Below the pieces are notes generated by a model that searched no databases, was not told where the DNA came from, and saw only the letters and a list, made by a program, of their open reading frames with translations. Below are positions 1 to 13,545 of a stretch of DNA of 55,904 bases, piece by piece. The DNA comes from Octopus bimaculoides (lineage: Eukaryota): the NCBI RefSeq assembly GCF_001194135.2, contig NC_068993.1, forward strand, positions 50,125,877-50,181,780, given 5' to 3'. The translations under genes were made by a program, and so were the position numbers. The first letter of the stretch is position 1; each line of letters opens with the position of its first letter.

Positions 1-1311
1 TAACAGTGTTTCATTACTTCCATTGCACATACAATCCTTACCTTTATAGCTCTTGAAGGTAATTCGGATTTTCTCTCTTTCTTCTTTTTTTTCTCAGATT
101 AAAACAACTTGCTACACCAAGTGTAGGGTATATAAAATCTAATGTATAACATTAAACCTTGTAGTGCAACAAATTGAAAAAAAAAAGATATCTACTCTAA
201 CGCCCACAATCCAGTTTTCACTTGCAAACTCATCAAGCCACGAATTGTCACCTACTGTGTGTGTGTGTGTGTGTGTCCGTCCGAGTTTTTGTTCCAGGCG
301 CAAGAATAAAGGGCGTTCTGTCTGTTTCCTCTGGTTCTAGCTCATACTTATACATGACTTTTGTCAGTGTCTCCCTCCTTGCGTTGCGAACACGAACATT
401 CATGGTAAAACTACATAAAAACAGCAACGCGCGTTAATATAATGATAATAATGATGATGGTCATCATACACACACACACGATGGTTCCTTGTATCTGGAT
501 CCTTGTATTCTCTCCGCAAAATGTAACAAATCTTAAAAGATTAAAATGCTTTGCTTCATTTCTAGATTGCACTGGAACCAATCCACAGGAAACTGTGCCG
601 CCGTAATAAACCACCAGTCCATACAGTGTCATTCAGAGGCATTTGAACCCTTCAGCAGTACTTTGAAGACATGTTCCATAAAGAGATTGTCTTTCATGAT
701 TCTGTTATAGTGTTGGACAAGATTACAAAATAGTTTAAAACCATTTAATTGTATCAAGCATGTCAATTTGTCTGCCGTCCTCTTCTCTAGCTCCATAGCT
801 TCCCTTCACGCAGAGGCTTGTGTCCTATAAAAAGCGTTGCGCTAGGCATGCTCGTCGCTAAATGGGGACACTGGACACGGCACTACCCGCTCACTATTCA
901 GTGCTGCATCCTCGGATTTAGAAAATACAGTTTACAAAAAATCTTCCTGCAGTAGAAATTTGTGTCCGCCCAGGATATTCTGAAGCGTCCCCAGGTACCT
1001 AGATCTGGCGACGGTCCCGGCGCCAGGATGCGCATGGTTTAACGATCCATGTGAATGAACAAACGACTATCGTGTTCCAACTAAACCCACTTCGAAATGC
1101 TACAAGCCGAATTCCTTCTCACCTTAAATAAGGATATTCTTACCTTTAAACGGACGGGATGGGATGGTTACGGCTGTAATGTCTGATCAATCAACATTGA
1201 TGCACGTGGTCAAATATGAACACCCTATGAGTCTGTATGCGGTCGCTCGACCTGATAGAAATAGCAACTAACCAGGTCAGAACTAGGGTTAAACAACTCT
1301 ACTGAACTTTA

Positions 1312-1626
1312 CTGTGTATGTGTAGTTTGTCCGTCGATGCGACGAAGACCATCTGGTCATCCTGGGATGGGGGTAGGCTAGTGAGGCCAATCTGCGCCCG
1401 AAAGAGTCTTTGACAGTGTGGACAGGGAATGGTAGCACTTGCTACAGGGTTGTTAGCTCTGTTCTTCCTGGTTCGTCTCCGGTCTTCTGCAGCAGCGATC
1501 CTATTGGTCTAGCGTGTGTTGGCACCCTTGTGGGCAGCAGATCACCATCTTTCTCTGTCTAGAGCAGACTGCTCCCAAGTTGCATGGTCGATGTTGAAGG
1601 CTTTCAGTGTGTCCTTAAAGCGCTTT
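1312..1626 (-). mobile_element. RTE-clade (BovB-like) non-LTR retrotransposon, degenerate 3' end of ORF plus 3' UTR/tail
   Basis: Minus strand translates KRFKDTLKAFNIDHATWEQSALDRERW*SAAHKGANTR*TNRIAAAEDRRRTRKNRANNPVASATIPCPHCQRLFRAQIGLTS. This is the typical RTE C-terminal region with the start of a CxxC zinc finger. It has two in-frame stops, lacks the His half of the finger, and is followed by GGTCTTCGTCGCATCGACGGAC and a CA-rich tail. Confidence 0.85.
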
Positions 1627-1721
1627 GCATGTTAGATGATCGATTACCAAAAAGATTGCTCTTTGACGAGCTGCAAAAGGGAAAGCGCTCACAAGGCGGC
1701 CAGAAGAAGCGCTTTTAAGGA
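1627..1721 (+). mobile_element. RTE-clade LINE fragment, inverted relative to 1312-1626
   Basis: Plus strand from ATG 1629 gives MLDDRLPKRLLFDELQKGKRSQGGQKKRF, matching the RTE motif (RMxDxRLPKxLLxGELxxGKRSxGGQKKRFKD) that immediately precedes the minus-strand fragment in an intact element. Confidence 0.85.
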
Positions 1722-2099
1722 ACGAGCTGTACAATTGAAATAAAGCACTAGGCTCGAACTAGCACATATACACATCGTTAACTGTTTCATGCTGCAGGAG
1801 TTCATTGTGATAATGAACTCGATGATGAGTACCATGGATCTGGAAGGCGCTGTTACACGATTGCCATAAGTCTAATCAATCAAAGTTGCGCCGGGGTAGG
1901 AGAGCTACTAAGCAATAATAACAACAACAGTAACAAACTCATTTGCAATGCCAGCTAACAGTCTATCAAGACCCTCCCCCTTTCTTTCATCTTTCACCTT
2001 CTTCGCCCTACATCTGTCTGAACCACCACCACCATCAATACTACATTCACTTATAAAAGTTGATTTCAACAGGAAAAGCTTTGTCAGTCATTGAATGAC

Positions 2100-2480
2100 A
2101 CTGGTGACAGCGTAGGTGGTGATGGCGGTGGTGGTGGTGGTGGTGATTGTGGCGGTGGTGGTATATTGACAGTGGGGTTGTTGGTGGATAACGGTGGTTC
2201 TTTGTATATTGATATTTGTTGTGGTGGAGGATGCGGGCGAAGAAGGCGGTTGCGGTTTATTGCAAGGGAAGTAACCTAGTTATATTTGCCGACACCTTTG
2301 GTGTTGTATGTATGTCTGTGTTACTGGTGATAATCGTGTTGGTGGTTTGCATGAGTGACGATGGTGGTGGAGGAAATGCAGAGGTGGTGGTAGTGGTGAT
2401 GGTGGTGAGGATGGATTAGTAGTAGTAGCGGTAGTAGTAGTAGCACCGTGTGGGTGAGGCGGAGTAGTTTGGTGTCGTAC
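2100..2480. repeat. Degenerate (GGT)n/(AGT)n simple-sequence tract
   Basis: Runs of ggtggtggt and agtagtagt; produces the poly-G/V/H ORFs in the track. Confidence 0.9.
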
Positions 2481-3105
2481 ATTGCCACTTTAGAGCAGGA
2501 AAAGGATACTGCTGAGACAAGCAAAAGCGTGTAAAAAGGACGGAAAGACGGCGCTAACCAAACGCTACACACACACACGCACACACACACACATACACAC
2601 ACATCTACATTTAACATGTAAGCAAACACACACACACACACACACTACATACAAATGTATGTTGCGCACATATCTTTTGATTTTTTAGACATGGAATATT
2701 TTGTGGGGTTCAGAATGTTATAACTGGGTTAAGTAAGGGTGCACGAAAAACAAAAAAAACAAAATAGTAATAATAATAAATAGATACGAATAACAATTAA
2801 TGTTATGAATTTAATTGGAATTTCCCCTGTTAGCTGAAGAAAGAAAATAATAATAATAAAAAAAAGATCCAGCCGAAATTAATACCAATGTCCTTTCAAC
2901 CATTGCCCTCCTATCAGACGAAAAACCAAAAGTTAGATGTACTTGAGTGGAATTGATCACAGCAATGAATTCGATACCGGAAAACAGCCGGTATTGCACG
3001 TGTGTGTGTGTGTGTTATTGTACTTACTATATATGATATGATTTCAGTGTTTTCGTTTGACTTGTGTCCCTATATATTAGAATGGAGTCGATTGGCTCTA
3101 GGATA

Positions 3106-3378
3106 TAGGTGCAGGCAGGGCTGTGTGGTTTAGAAGCTCACTTTGCTACTAGGTGTTTTCCGAATCAGTCCCACGGCGCGGCACCTTGAGCAAGTGTCTT
3201 CGACCAGTATTTGTTTGTTTACGTACCCTGTAACTTAGCGGTTCAGCATGAGACTGATAAAAAAAAAAAGAAACTTTTGAAGCTTAAAATGAAATAGAAA
3301 CGCCGGGGGTGATTTACTGAACGAAAAAACCCTGCAAGGCTGGGACCCAGCAATGTTGCTGTCCAGTGACTAAAACAA
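3106..3378 (+). mobile_element. SINE family A (tRNA-headed), degenerate and internally deleted
   Basis: Head TAGGTGCAGG..GGCTGTGTGG, ggcaccttgagcaagtgtcttc, gtaacttagcggttc and tail cagtgactaaaac are collinear with copies at 8820, 15318, 28591 and 29266. Confidence 0.75.
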
Positions 3379-3512
3379 GAAAATACAAGAGATTCGGTGG
3401 TGGGTGGGGGGGGAAGGCATCATGAACCAAGTAGAATTATCTTGGCCCTAGATTTGAACTCAAACCAAAACATAAAGGGACCTTCTGCCATTTGCATATA
3501 CCAGTGAAATAT

Positions 3513-3543
<31 letters not shown>

Positions 3544-3575
3544 TCTGCTTGTCATACACTGTCATGCTGATCTTG

Positions 3576-3642
3576 GTCTGTGGAATACTCAGCCACTCGC
3601 TAATAATACATGTGTCTGTGGAATACTCAGCCACTCGCTAAT
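3576..3642. repeat. Direct tandem duplication of a 29-bp unit (period 38)
   Basis: gtctgtggaatactcagccactcgctaat occurs at 3576-3604 and 3614-3642. Confidence 0.95.
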
Positions 3643-3819
3643 TCCAAAGATCGAACAACAAAATACTCATAGTCGAAACCGACGGAAACGCATTTATTTA
3701 ATATTTAGTCAAAGTTAGAACTTTTGCCAGTCTGGCTCAGCTGGAGCAGCGGTGTTACTAATCCATTCACTGCACCTTTTTTCTTCTCACCACCTCTTTC
3801 TCAACTTCTAATACGAGTA

Positions 3820-4040
3820 CGGTGAGTGGTGGTGGTGGTTGAGTTGTTGTTGTTGTTGTGGTGGTGGTGGTGGTGGTGGTGTTGGTGGTGTTGGTGGTAG
3901 TGTTTGTGATGTTAGTGGTGAGAGTGTTTGGTCGTGGTAGTGGTTGGTGGTGACTGTGATGTTAGTGTAGTGTAGGTGGTAGTGTTTGTGGTGATGGCGT
4001 TGGTGAGTGCTGGTGCTGGCGGCGGTGGTGGTGGTAATGA
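3820..4040. repeat. Degenerate (GGT)n/(GTT)n simple repeat
   Basis: Read directly; explains the P/T/H/Q-rich ORF 3808-4110. Confidence 0.9.
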
Positions 4041-5016
4041 ACGTGCAGTCAGTTCTAATAAACATTTCAACAAGAAATTCCTCTAATGAAAACAAAGGGG
4101 CCACTCTCATAAATTATTGATGAATATTGGTTTAATTAAAGTGAAAGTGGGGTTTAGAAAAGTGCCAGGCTGATCCCTAACTTCTTCAGTCTGGTGCACG
4201 CAAACACACATACACACGCACACACATTATTTCTCATACGTGCACACAGTTTCTCAATAGCACATACTGACTTTCACACACACACACACACACACAGACA
4301 CACTCTTCCTCCCCCTCTCTCTCTCTCTAGCTATCTTCGAGCTTCACTTTCCTTTGTAAATTAAAACTTACAAGCGTCTCCCGTTGAGACACACACACAG
4401 TCACATTTTCGGGCTTTCACAGACATATTCTCAGTGTTTTACTAATTACTCACACACACACACACACACACACACACTCGCATACATGCTATCTCAATAT
4501 ATGCACATCTGTACATAAACTCCATGTATACAAACTATGAAGTTGTAGTTTGTTTTTTTTATAAAAAACCCTTTGATTTATAAGGTTCATTTTTTGTGCA
4601 CGTGTATGTATGTGTAGCTGGAATCAGTCACCATCAAAGAACTGTTCCAACCTTTCTGGAAGCAGAGATAATTTCTATAAATCAAGAATCTATCTTGTAG
4701 GTTATTAAGTGCTTTCACACACACACACACAAAACTGTACGCACATGCAACGGTTTGTGATGTTGTTCAGTGACAGGTCAGTCCTGACGGAACAGACTTG
4801 ACCAAATACGGTCCAACTGCGACCACTCTGTGGTTTGTGAAAAATTCAGCTACTATTTCTAGCAGGTTAAATTACCGCTTAAAAGACACTTACTGCTTGA
4901 AGCAGGTAAGAACTATACGTTAAAAAATGGTCGTAAGATACCTGGCGCGGCGTGAGTGAAACCAGGTTGTGCCTAGCTGAAAAGAGAATGAATGTGTGTG
5001 TGTGTATGTATCGCTA

Positions 5017-5058
<42 letters not shown>

Positions 5059-6407
5059 NNNNNNNNNNNNNNNNNNNNNNNNNNNNNNNNNNNNNNNNNN
5101 NNNNNNNNNNNNNNNNNNNNNNNNNNNNNNNNNNNNNNNNNNNNNNNNNNNNNNNNNNNNNNNNNNNNNNNNNNNNNNNNNNNNNNNNNNNNNNNNNNNN
5201 NNNNNNNNNNNNNNNNNNNNNNNNNNNNNNNNNNNNNNNNNNNNNNNNNNNNNNNNNNNNNNNNNNNNNNNNNNNNNNNNNNNNNNNNNNNNNNNNNNNN
5301 NNNNNNNNNNNNNNNNNNNNNNNNNNNNNNNNNNNNNNNNNNNNNNNNNNNNNNNNNNNNNNNNNNNNNNNNNNNNNNNNNNNNNNNNNNNNNNNNNNNN
5401 NNNNNNNNNNNNNNNNNNNNNNNNNNNNNNNNNNNNNNNNNNNNNNNNNNNNNNNNNNNNNNNNNNNNNNNNNNNNNNNNNNNNNNNNNNNNNNNNNNNN
5501 NNNNNNNNNNNNNNNNNNNNNNNNNNNNNNNNNNNNNNNNNNNNNNNNNNNNNNNNNNNNNNNNNNNNNNNNNNNNNNNNNNNNNNNNNNNNNNNNNNNN
5601 NNNNNNNNNNNNNNNNNNNNNNNNNNNNNNNGAAAGAGAGAAAAAGACAAATACAAGTATATCGAATACTATAAAACATACATTTTTGATTTATTAAAAT
5701 TATCTCCACCTTTGGAGGAAGTGTCTTAATTACCAAATAGCATTTAAGACTAGTTTTATATGAGAAGAGGAGATAATCTCAAAACTCAAGAATTCTGCAA
5801 AGTTAATGTGCTGGAGAAGAGGGCAGTTGTGGATCCGTGTTTCTGCCTCAGTAGGTGTCATCAGCACGGCAGTTGTCCAAACTTAGTAGCCCTGTAGCCA
5901 AGGAACTTAGATTTATAAAAGAGTAGATTTGTTGTACGTATGAATATATTTATGCAAATATGAATATGTACGTATAAACGAGGGATAAAATATTCATTGT
6001 ATATATTCCATTAAATAACTGATGTTTCAAATGTAATCGCGTCTCACGCTATCGATTATTCAGACGATGTGTTTGTCTGTGTGCGCGTACGTATAGACCA
6101 CGTGCAAGATACGTACGTATAGAGAAAGAATACATATATAGATAGGTCTGAGCATGTTGTAAGACAATTCTTATTGTTTTAGTCCAGAATCAAAGGTGTC
6201 GAAGTCATGATATTCTCGTCATTCATTTTGTCATAGTGTATCTAAGGCTACAGTACGTCCTTTCTTTTTAAGACAGAAAGGTGTATTGGTCGATATTTCT
6301 AGTGAATCGAACAGCAATGTCGTGGCTACTTCTTTCATACCTTGCAGCTGTTACGCATGAAGTGACGTATAATATATTCACTCTTTTGTGGAGAATATAG
6401 ACAGAAC

Positions 6408-6447
<40 letters not shown>

Positions 6448-7428
6448 TCCATAACCATGTAAAACACAAAAGTACAAACAGTCTGAGAAACACACATGCT
6501 CATAACCGCAGAACAAATAAGTATAGATAGACATATATGTAGGTAAAGAGTAGAAAAGCAGTCAGTTGTGTTGCGATTACCACTAGTGGGCTGCACATGT
6601 GCCGCAGGTTTTTGAGACACATTTGAGAATGTCTGGATATTAACTCAAGCGTGTGTATTCCTTTCGCAGGGAAACAAGTTCTGTGCACCTATCTCCTGTT
6701 TCATTATTCGGTAGTATTGTATTTTTTATGAGCACGTAGTAAATAGTTATAAACACTGATGCTGGGCAGTAGTAACTTTGTTATTGTTGAAAATCGTTGT
6801 CAAAGATGCTTAAGACACACACACACCGCTGTTTGTGCACAGAAAATATCGCTCTGTACTTGTATACATACATACATACATCCCAGCAATCGTAGACCCG
6901 GACATAAGTTGTCATAATCTCCCACATTTAAATGTAAATAGGTTTACTACAAAAAGAAAATACACTGTATAGAACTCGCATGCTTACGCACAAATGATCA
7001 TTCGTAGTCACACAGACACAAACTCTCTCTCTCACTCACTCACTCAGTCAGTCACTAACTCTCTCTCTGTCTCTCATCTCGTTCAATGAAACTAGCGATA
7101 CACAGTAGTTTCAGACTCCCACACATACATTGTAATGTTCAGGCAGTGACATCACACACACACACACACGCTGCCTTACATACACAGGCTAAGCCATATA
7201 TACCTAATTTCTCTCGCATATGCACCTGGTATCATTTCCATACTTTAATTTACTTTCACATACACACACATATATACACAATGGGGATCTTTCAAATACA
7301 CAATGGAACATAGAATGGTGACGAAATACACACACACACACACACACATATTTATGCATCATGCATTCTTACACACTCATACATACGTATGTAATGTATG
7401 TATGCATGTGTGTGTGTGTGTGTGTGTA

Positions 7429-7461
<33 letters not shown>

Positions 7462-7949
7462 TCAGACAGGTAGATAACTAGACGTACAAATTACACAGAT
7501 TTTCATACGTATGATAGAGCCGTCGGTCTGACGCGTATAACGCACACACACGCATATAACACAGTGTGTGTTGTACGAGTCAGCCGGTCTTGTATACGAA
7601 TGAAAATCTTGCGTCTAGTTTTCTGCTGCACACACACACACACACACATGAAAATGTGCCAATTACAGCTACTTCAAAGAAAGAGCAAACTCAATACATT
7701 TATAGAGTAATAGTTTCACATCAGCTGTTCGGAAGTTCAATACCTCACTGTGGTAGTAGTTTCCATCCCACTGGTGAGAATCTCTAGTGATACGAGTGTT
7801 TGTGTATATAAATACTAAATAATATTTCTTCGTCAGAACATTATATTCCTGGGCGGATGGTAACCTCGCGCACGCACGCACACACACGCACACACTCACA
7901 CACACACATTGACTGAATGTTTACGATGTTCGCTTTTCAATCATAAAGG

Positions 7950-8065
7950 TCCCAGGTTCGATACCAATAAGTAGCGTCTTGGGCAAGCGGGTTTTAGCAT
8001 AATAGCTTTGTGTCTCTTACACAAGCTTTGTGAGTGAAATTACTCAAAGATGAAACTGAGTGAGA
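7950..8065 (+). mobile_element. SINE family A-like partial copy
   Basis: B-box-like ggttcgatacc, then ttgggcaag and gctttgtgagtgaa..gaaactga as in family A. Confidence 0.55.
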
Positions 8066-8819
8066 TATTGTCGGGTGAATTTGTACCAGTAACTGGAAGA
8101 GTCTCGCCTTGTTACACCCCACACTATGTTGATTCTGCTGGGGGTGGACTTACATTAAGGGTACATGAGTATGCGGAATAAACAGTCACTTAGATTGGAA
8201 TTCAAAGAGTAGGTCACTCAGTTGATTTAATAACGGAATACTCGCTTTGGCTATAGTTCTTTGAATTTTAACACTAAAGCGATTTTACTAGAGACTCATT
8301 GATGGATAAACCATTTCGTCATTGGCTCCTCAATATTCGCATCTTTTGTTACTGCCAAATGCTTCCATACGTCAACAGATGATGGTCAAGAATTTGCATC
8401 AACGTCATATTTCTGAGAAAGTTCAGTGAGTTAGTACGTAGCTATGCATGTACCCAACACAGCTTTTTACCCTTATATTCTCCATAAACTGTCGTCAACG
8501 AAGAACCAGTTTCTAACCTTCGTATAAATTCCAATTTCGAAGCTGCCGCATCGCTGAATTATCCACAAAAATTGCAAGAAAACACAAATTGTTTTGTACG
8601 GAGTATGGTAATAGTTGTTACATCGTGCCCTGTGCAAATGTGCTGAGCCTACAAATCTTGCATAAGTATTATTCATTAAGTGCATGGTGATTTCAAAATG
8701 GAATGAGTAAACAGAATTACCCATGACGAAGCGGGTTGCGCACCAACTGAAGAAAACAGTTCCTTGAAGGTGTTCAATTTACTAAATTAAGTATGAAAGA
8801 CTTCTAATTTACCAAATAC

Positions 8820-9030
8820 AGGCGCAGGTGTGGCAGTATAGTAAGAAGTTTACTTCACGACCGCATGGTTCCGGGTTCAGTCCCAATGTGTGGCACTTTG
8901 GGCAAGTGTCTTTTACTATAGCTCGGGTCGACCAAAGCCTTGTAAGTGGATTTGGCAAGCAAAAACTGAAAGAAGCCGGTTGTGCGCGCGCGCGCGTTTG
9001 TCTAACCCCCCACCCCCACCATTGACTGAA
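8820..9030 (+). mobile_element. SINE family A, 5' half
   Basis: aggcgcaggtgtggcagtatagtaag (A-box-like), ccgggttcagtccc (B-box-like), ttgggcaagtgtc, ccaaagccttgtaagtggatttgg, aaactgaaagaagcc. Confidence 0.85.
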
Positions 9031-9852
9031 ACAAATAAAAGATAAAATATTCCAAGAAATCGCGCTGCAATTCTTGGCTCTATCGTTAAGGATTAGTTTT
9101 CTTATCTCGCATTTCATTGCTGTGGTATGTGTGTAGCATCTGGACGTCCTCAAACTTTTCTACTTAAGAAGTAGAGGCGTAAATAATTTTGAACAATGCT
9201 CTTGCTCACCCAGATGGTTATTAACTTGTTAGTAATGATAGTAAAATAAGGTGCAGTTTTTCTTTGTACCTATTTGTTACTGCTACGACCCAACCAATGA
9301 ATTAAGATATAATTGTAACCTGTAAGAGGTTGCACCAACCAAGATATATGGACGAAATCCTCGTGATGATAGAAGAGAACGTTTTTAGGAAAGACATGCA
9401 AGGACAAAGAATACATTGTACCGTCAAGAACTACAGCCCCACGTCTGCAATAAACAGTTTAGCCACTTCATGAAATGCTACGGCTTGAGGGAAACTTCTG
9501 TTTGTTGTGGGGGTAGAATACAATTTTTGAGGTTTCTAGGTAGAGGATTTTGGAGGTATATTATTCACATTTCAGAAATTTAAGGGAATTCATTGAGTGG
9601 AAGTAGTATCAACATGATAACTGAAACTCGACTGATTCTTCACGCCAGTCCATTCCGGCCTTGCTTGTGGCTGTTAAGTTTGCTAACGCATTGATGACCC
9701 AGCTACTGTTGACTCAGTCCTTAAGGCTCTGCAGTTTCGACTCGCTGTTACCTTCATAATGCCTCTATACTCACTACACTTCCATCTCTTATCAACTACA
9801 GTTAAAATGAATTTACGATATAGCTTTCTAATATTAACATAATCCTTTCTTA

Positions 9853-10022
9853 TAGGCACAAGGCATGAAATTTTTAGTGGGGTCGGGGCAGTCGATTTCA
9901 CTAGTGCTCGGCTGGTACTTATTTTGTCAACTCCGAAAGGGAATGAGAGGCAAAGTCGACTTAAATGGAGTTCGAACTCGTGTAAAACCGGAAGAAATGC
10001 CGCTTAGTATTTTGTCCGGCTC
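9853..10022 (-). mobile_element. SINE family B (tRNA-headed), partial
   Basis: Shares ctggtactt, ggcaaagtcgac, gaactc and gaaatgccgct with copies at 12445 and 12771. Confidence 0.8.
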
Positions 10023-11041
10023 CTCCCCGATTTTTAACATAATTTTATGAAATAGATATTTATATGTTTTGAATAGTTAGATGATGTTCAGAGTATTTTC
10101 CGGAATTTTGTTACTGTTTTTCTTTATTCGGTGTGCAGTATACAAATTTCCAATACCGTACTCGAATATCTGTTACTACGGACAATCGGTTGAAATGAAC
10201 GTCCCTTCATTTTGTATGATTTCATGATGGTTTAATGTGTGTGTGCGTGCGCACGCGTTTGGCTGAGTATCTAAAAGGAAATATATGTGTATATATGAAA
10301 AGAATATGTGTGAGTGTATATATATATATATATATATATATATNNNNNNNNNNNNNNNNNNNNNNNNNNNNNNNNNNNNNNNNNNNNNNNNNNNNNNNNN
10401 NNNNNNNNNNNNNNNNNNNNNNNNNNNNNNNNNNNNNNNNNNNNNNNNNNNNNNNNNNNNNNNNNNNNNNNNNNNNNNNNNNNNNNNNNNNNNNNNNNNN
10501 NNNNNNNNNNNNNNNNNNNNNNNNNNNNNNNNNNNNNNNNNNNNNNNNNNNNNNNNNNNNNNNNNNNNNNNNNNNNNNNNNNNNNNNNNNNNNNNNNNNN
10601 NNNNNNNNNNNNNNNNNNNNNNNNNNNNNNNNNNNNNNNNNNNNNNNNNNNNNNNNNNNNNNNNNNNNNNNNNNNNNNNNNNNNNNNNNNNNNNNNNNNN
10701 NNNNNNNNNNNNNNNNNNNNNNNNNNNNNNNNNNNNNNNNNNNNNNNNNNNNNNNNNNNNNNNNNNNNNNNNNNNNNNNNNNNNNNNNNNNNNNNNNNNN
10801 NNNNNNNNNNNNNNNNNNNNNNNNNNNNNNNNNNNNNNNNNNNNNNNNNNNNNNNNNNNNNNNNNNNNNNNNNNNNNNNNNNNNNNNNNNNNNNNNNNNN
10901 NNNNNNNNNNNNNNNNNNNNNNNNNNNNNNNNNNNNNNNNNNNNNNNNNNNNNNNNNNNNNNNNNNNNNNNNNNNNNNNNNNNNNNNNNNNNNNNNNNNN
11001 NNNNNNNNNNNNNNNNNNNNNNNNNNNNNNNNNNNNNNNNN

Positions 11042-11106
<65 letters not shown>

Positions 11107-11313
11107 ATATATAAATATATGCATGTATATCTACATACACGCATGTATGTATATATGTATGTGTGTATGGGTGATCATTTGTATACACACACACAACCAC
11201 ATACACACCATATGGGCGATCATTTGTAAACACACACACACGTATACATGTGTACGTATGTAAATCCCTGCGTATATGTATAAGCATGTGTATATATGTT
11301 ATATACATATGTT

Positions 11314-11366
<53 letters not shown>

Positions 11367-11437
11367 CTGTGAACGTGTGTGTATATATATATATGTATGT
11401 ATGTATATATGTATATGCGTGTATATAATGTCTGTTT

Positions 11438-11468
<31 letters not shown>

Positions 11469-12444
11469 GCACACACACTTTATATGCATATGTATGTAAA
11501 AATGTCCATGTATGCTTATGTGTACACATAAATAGATAGATAGATAGATAGATAGATAGATCTACATCTATATGATAGAATGTGTGTGTGGATGTAATGA
11601 AGTAGTTTTGTTCATGCCTGTGTGAAGGTGTGTCTGTTTATAGATCGACTGAAACGTCAATTGTAAAAGACTGCCAAAAACCCATTCATAAATTGCTGAT
11701 GAAAAAATTATGAATGAATGATTTTATAGAGGATGTGTGTGTGCGTCATAGTAGTCGCAGTTGGAAAGTTTAAGGCACCTCACGTTCACACATACACGTG
11801 TATAGGCAAATACATATACTGACGTACAGATATACTCAGACACACAAACACATTCAAGCGAGTAACTTAAAAGCAATTGTTGTTTGTTCCTCGCCTTCTT
11901 TTTCCTTTATTCCCTTCATTCGTTATTAAAGATGCCCTTTGCACCTCGTTTCCGGAGCACCCACTCACCTGGAGTAGGTAGCTCACCTGAATTTTGTTAC
12001 TATAAGTGTTTTGAAGTGCGGAAAGGTGGGTAGTTATGGGTCAAAATAGATTGTTGGGGAAAAAATAATCTACCATTCCGCTCTACCTTTCAACACCTCG
12101 TATACACACCAACGTGGGTGTGTAGAAGAACATGGCTGGTCGACCGGTTTAGAGGGAAAATGACAGCCAAATCTCATTGGAATAGGATGGGCACGTTAGA
12201 TAATGTAGTTTTCGAAGAATGAATAAGGTGGGCTGTAAGTAGTGGACACGGTAGGAACTTCTTTCATGGCAAGGGTCACTTGAGGTCAGAGAACGATATA
12301 AACAGAGTCTGTACGTATGTATGTGTCTATCGGTCTGTCTATCCCTCTATCTACCTGCCTGGCTATCAGTCTGTCTTGCTGCTCCCTAATAATACAGTGA
12401 GTTATATAGTCATAACACACACATACACACAATTATAATAATTC

Positions 12445-12678
12445 TTTCTACTATACGTAGAAGGCCTGAAATTTGACGGCGGTGTGTGTGTGTGTGGGGG
12501 GGATGTCGATTACATTGATACCAGTGCACAACTGGTACTTATTTTACTGACTACTACCAAAAGGATAGTAGTCAGCAAAGTCGACCTCGGTGGAATTTGA
12601 ACTCAGAACGTAAAACCGGTGGAAATGCCGCTAAGCATTTTGTCCGGCGTGCTAACGATTCTATCCACTCGCCGCCTT
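12445..12678 (-). mobile_element. SINE family B, near full length
   Basis: Reverse complement begins ggcggcgagtggatagaatcgttagcacgccgg..gagttcaaattcc (A/B boxes), followed by gaggtcgactttgc..aagtaccagtt. The central domain resembles conserved metazoan SINE domains; exact superfamily not assigned. Confidence 0.85.
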
Positions 12679-12770
12679 ACTACTACTACTACTACTTCTA
12701 TTACCACCGCCGCCGCCCCTACCATCTCCACTACTACTACAAATAATAATAATAATAATGATAGTAATAA

Positions 12771-12984
12771 TGGTTTAAAATTTTGGCACAGGGCCAGCAA
12801 TTTCAGGGAGGGGGTAAATCGATTACATCGACCCCCCCAGTGCTTGCCTGGTTACTTAATTTTTCGAACCCTAATAGATGAAAAGCAAAGTCAACCTCGG
12901 CGGGATTTGAACTCATAACGTAAAGACGGGTGAAATGCCACTAATTATTTTTGCCTGGCGTGCTAACAATTCTGCCAGCTCGTC
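12771..12984 (-). mobile_element. SINE family B, second tandem copy
   Basis: Collinear with 12445-12678 and separated from it by (TAC)n/(AAT)n repeats. Confidence 0.85.
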
Positions 12985-13315
12985 AATAATTATAATACTA
13001 AATCTTGAAGAGAGACATTTACAGATCCCAGGAAAATATACTAACATGAACAAGCTAAAACCTTCCTCAGATATATAATATAATATAATATATATATATA
13101 TATATATATACATGTGTGTGTGTGTGTGTGTGTGTGTTTACTGTGATGACTTGTCTGACGCCCCCCCCCCATGTACACAACTGAAGTGAACTCAATACAC
13201 ACTTCTCTGTAATATATCGGTCCCAATCCTTCCTATTTAATTACACGCAGTCCAGCTTATGTCTTCTAATCTGGATGGATTTCATTATATCACATAAATC
13301 TTTAGTTTGCAACAA

Positions 13316-13319
<4 letters not shown>

Positions 13320-13355
<36 letters not shown>

Positions 13356-13545
13356 GTATATGTGTGTGTATACACATACATATGCACATATATATATACG
13401 CACATACACATATGCATATATATATACGCACATACACATATGCATAAATATATATATACGTGCATACACATGCATAAATATATATATATACACACACATG
13501 CACATGCATAAATATATATATATATATATATTTATATACACACAC
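13320..13545. repeat. Compound (CA)n/(TA)n microsatellite with degenerate ~26-bp higher-order units
   Basis: Repeating units such as cacatacacatatgcatatatatatacg. Confidence 0.85.

Noticed and set aside
790-875. TATAAAAAG box (826-834) and a possible HDV-like ribozyme (gtgtcct ... gctaaatggggacac)
   Set aside because: No downstream gene is supported, and the P3/L3/P1.1 elements of an HDV-like fold are missing.
8375-8415. TDDGQEF resembling an integrase DDE motif (xDNGxxF)
   Set aside because: Flanks show no integrase similarity and a stop follows shortly.
9342-9473. RYMDEILV resembling a reverse-transcriptase YxDD motif
   Set aside because: The catalytic second Asp is Glu and no other RT motifs are nearby; at best an unrecognisable relic.
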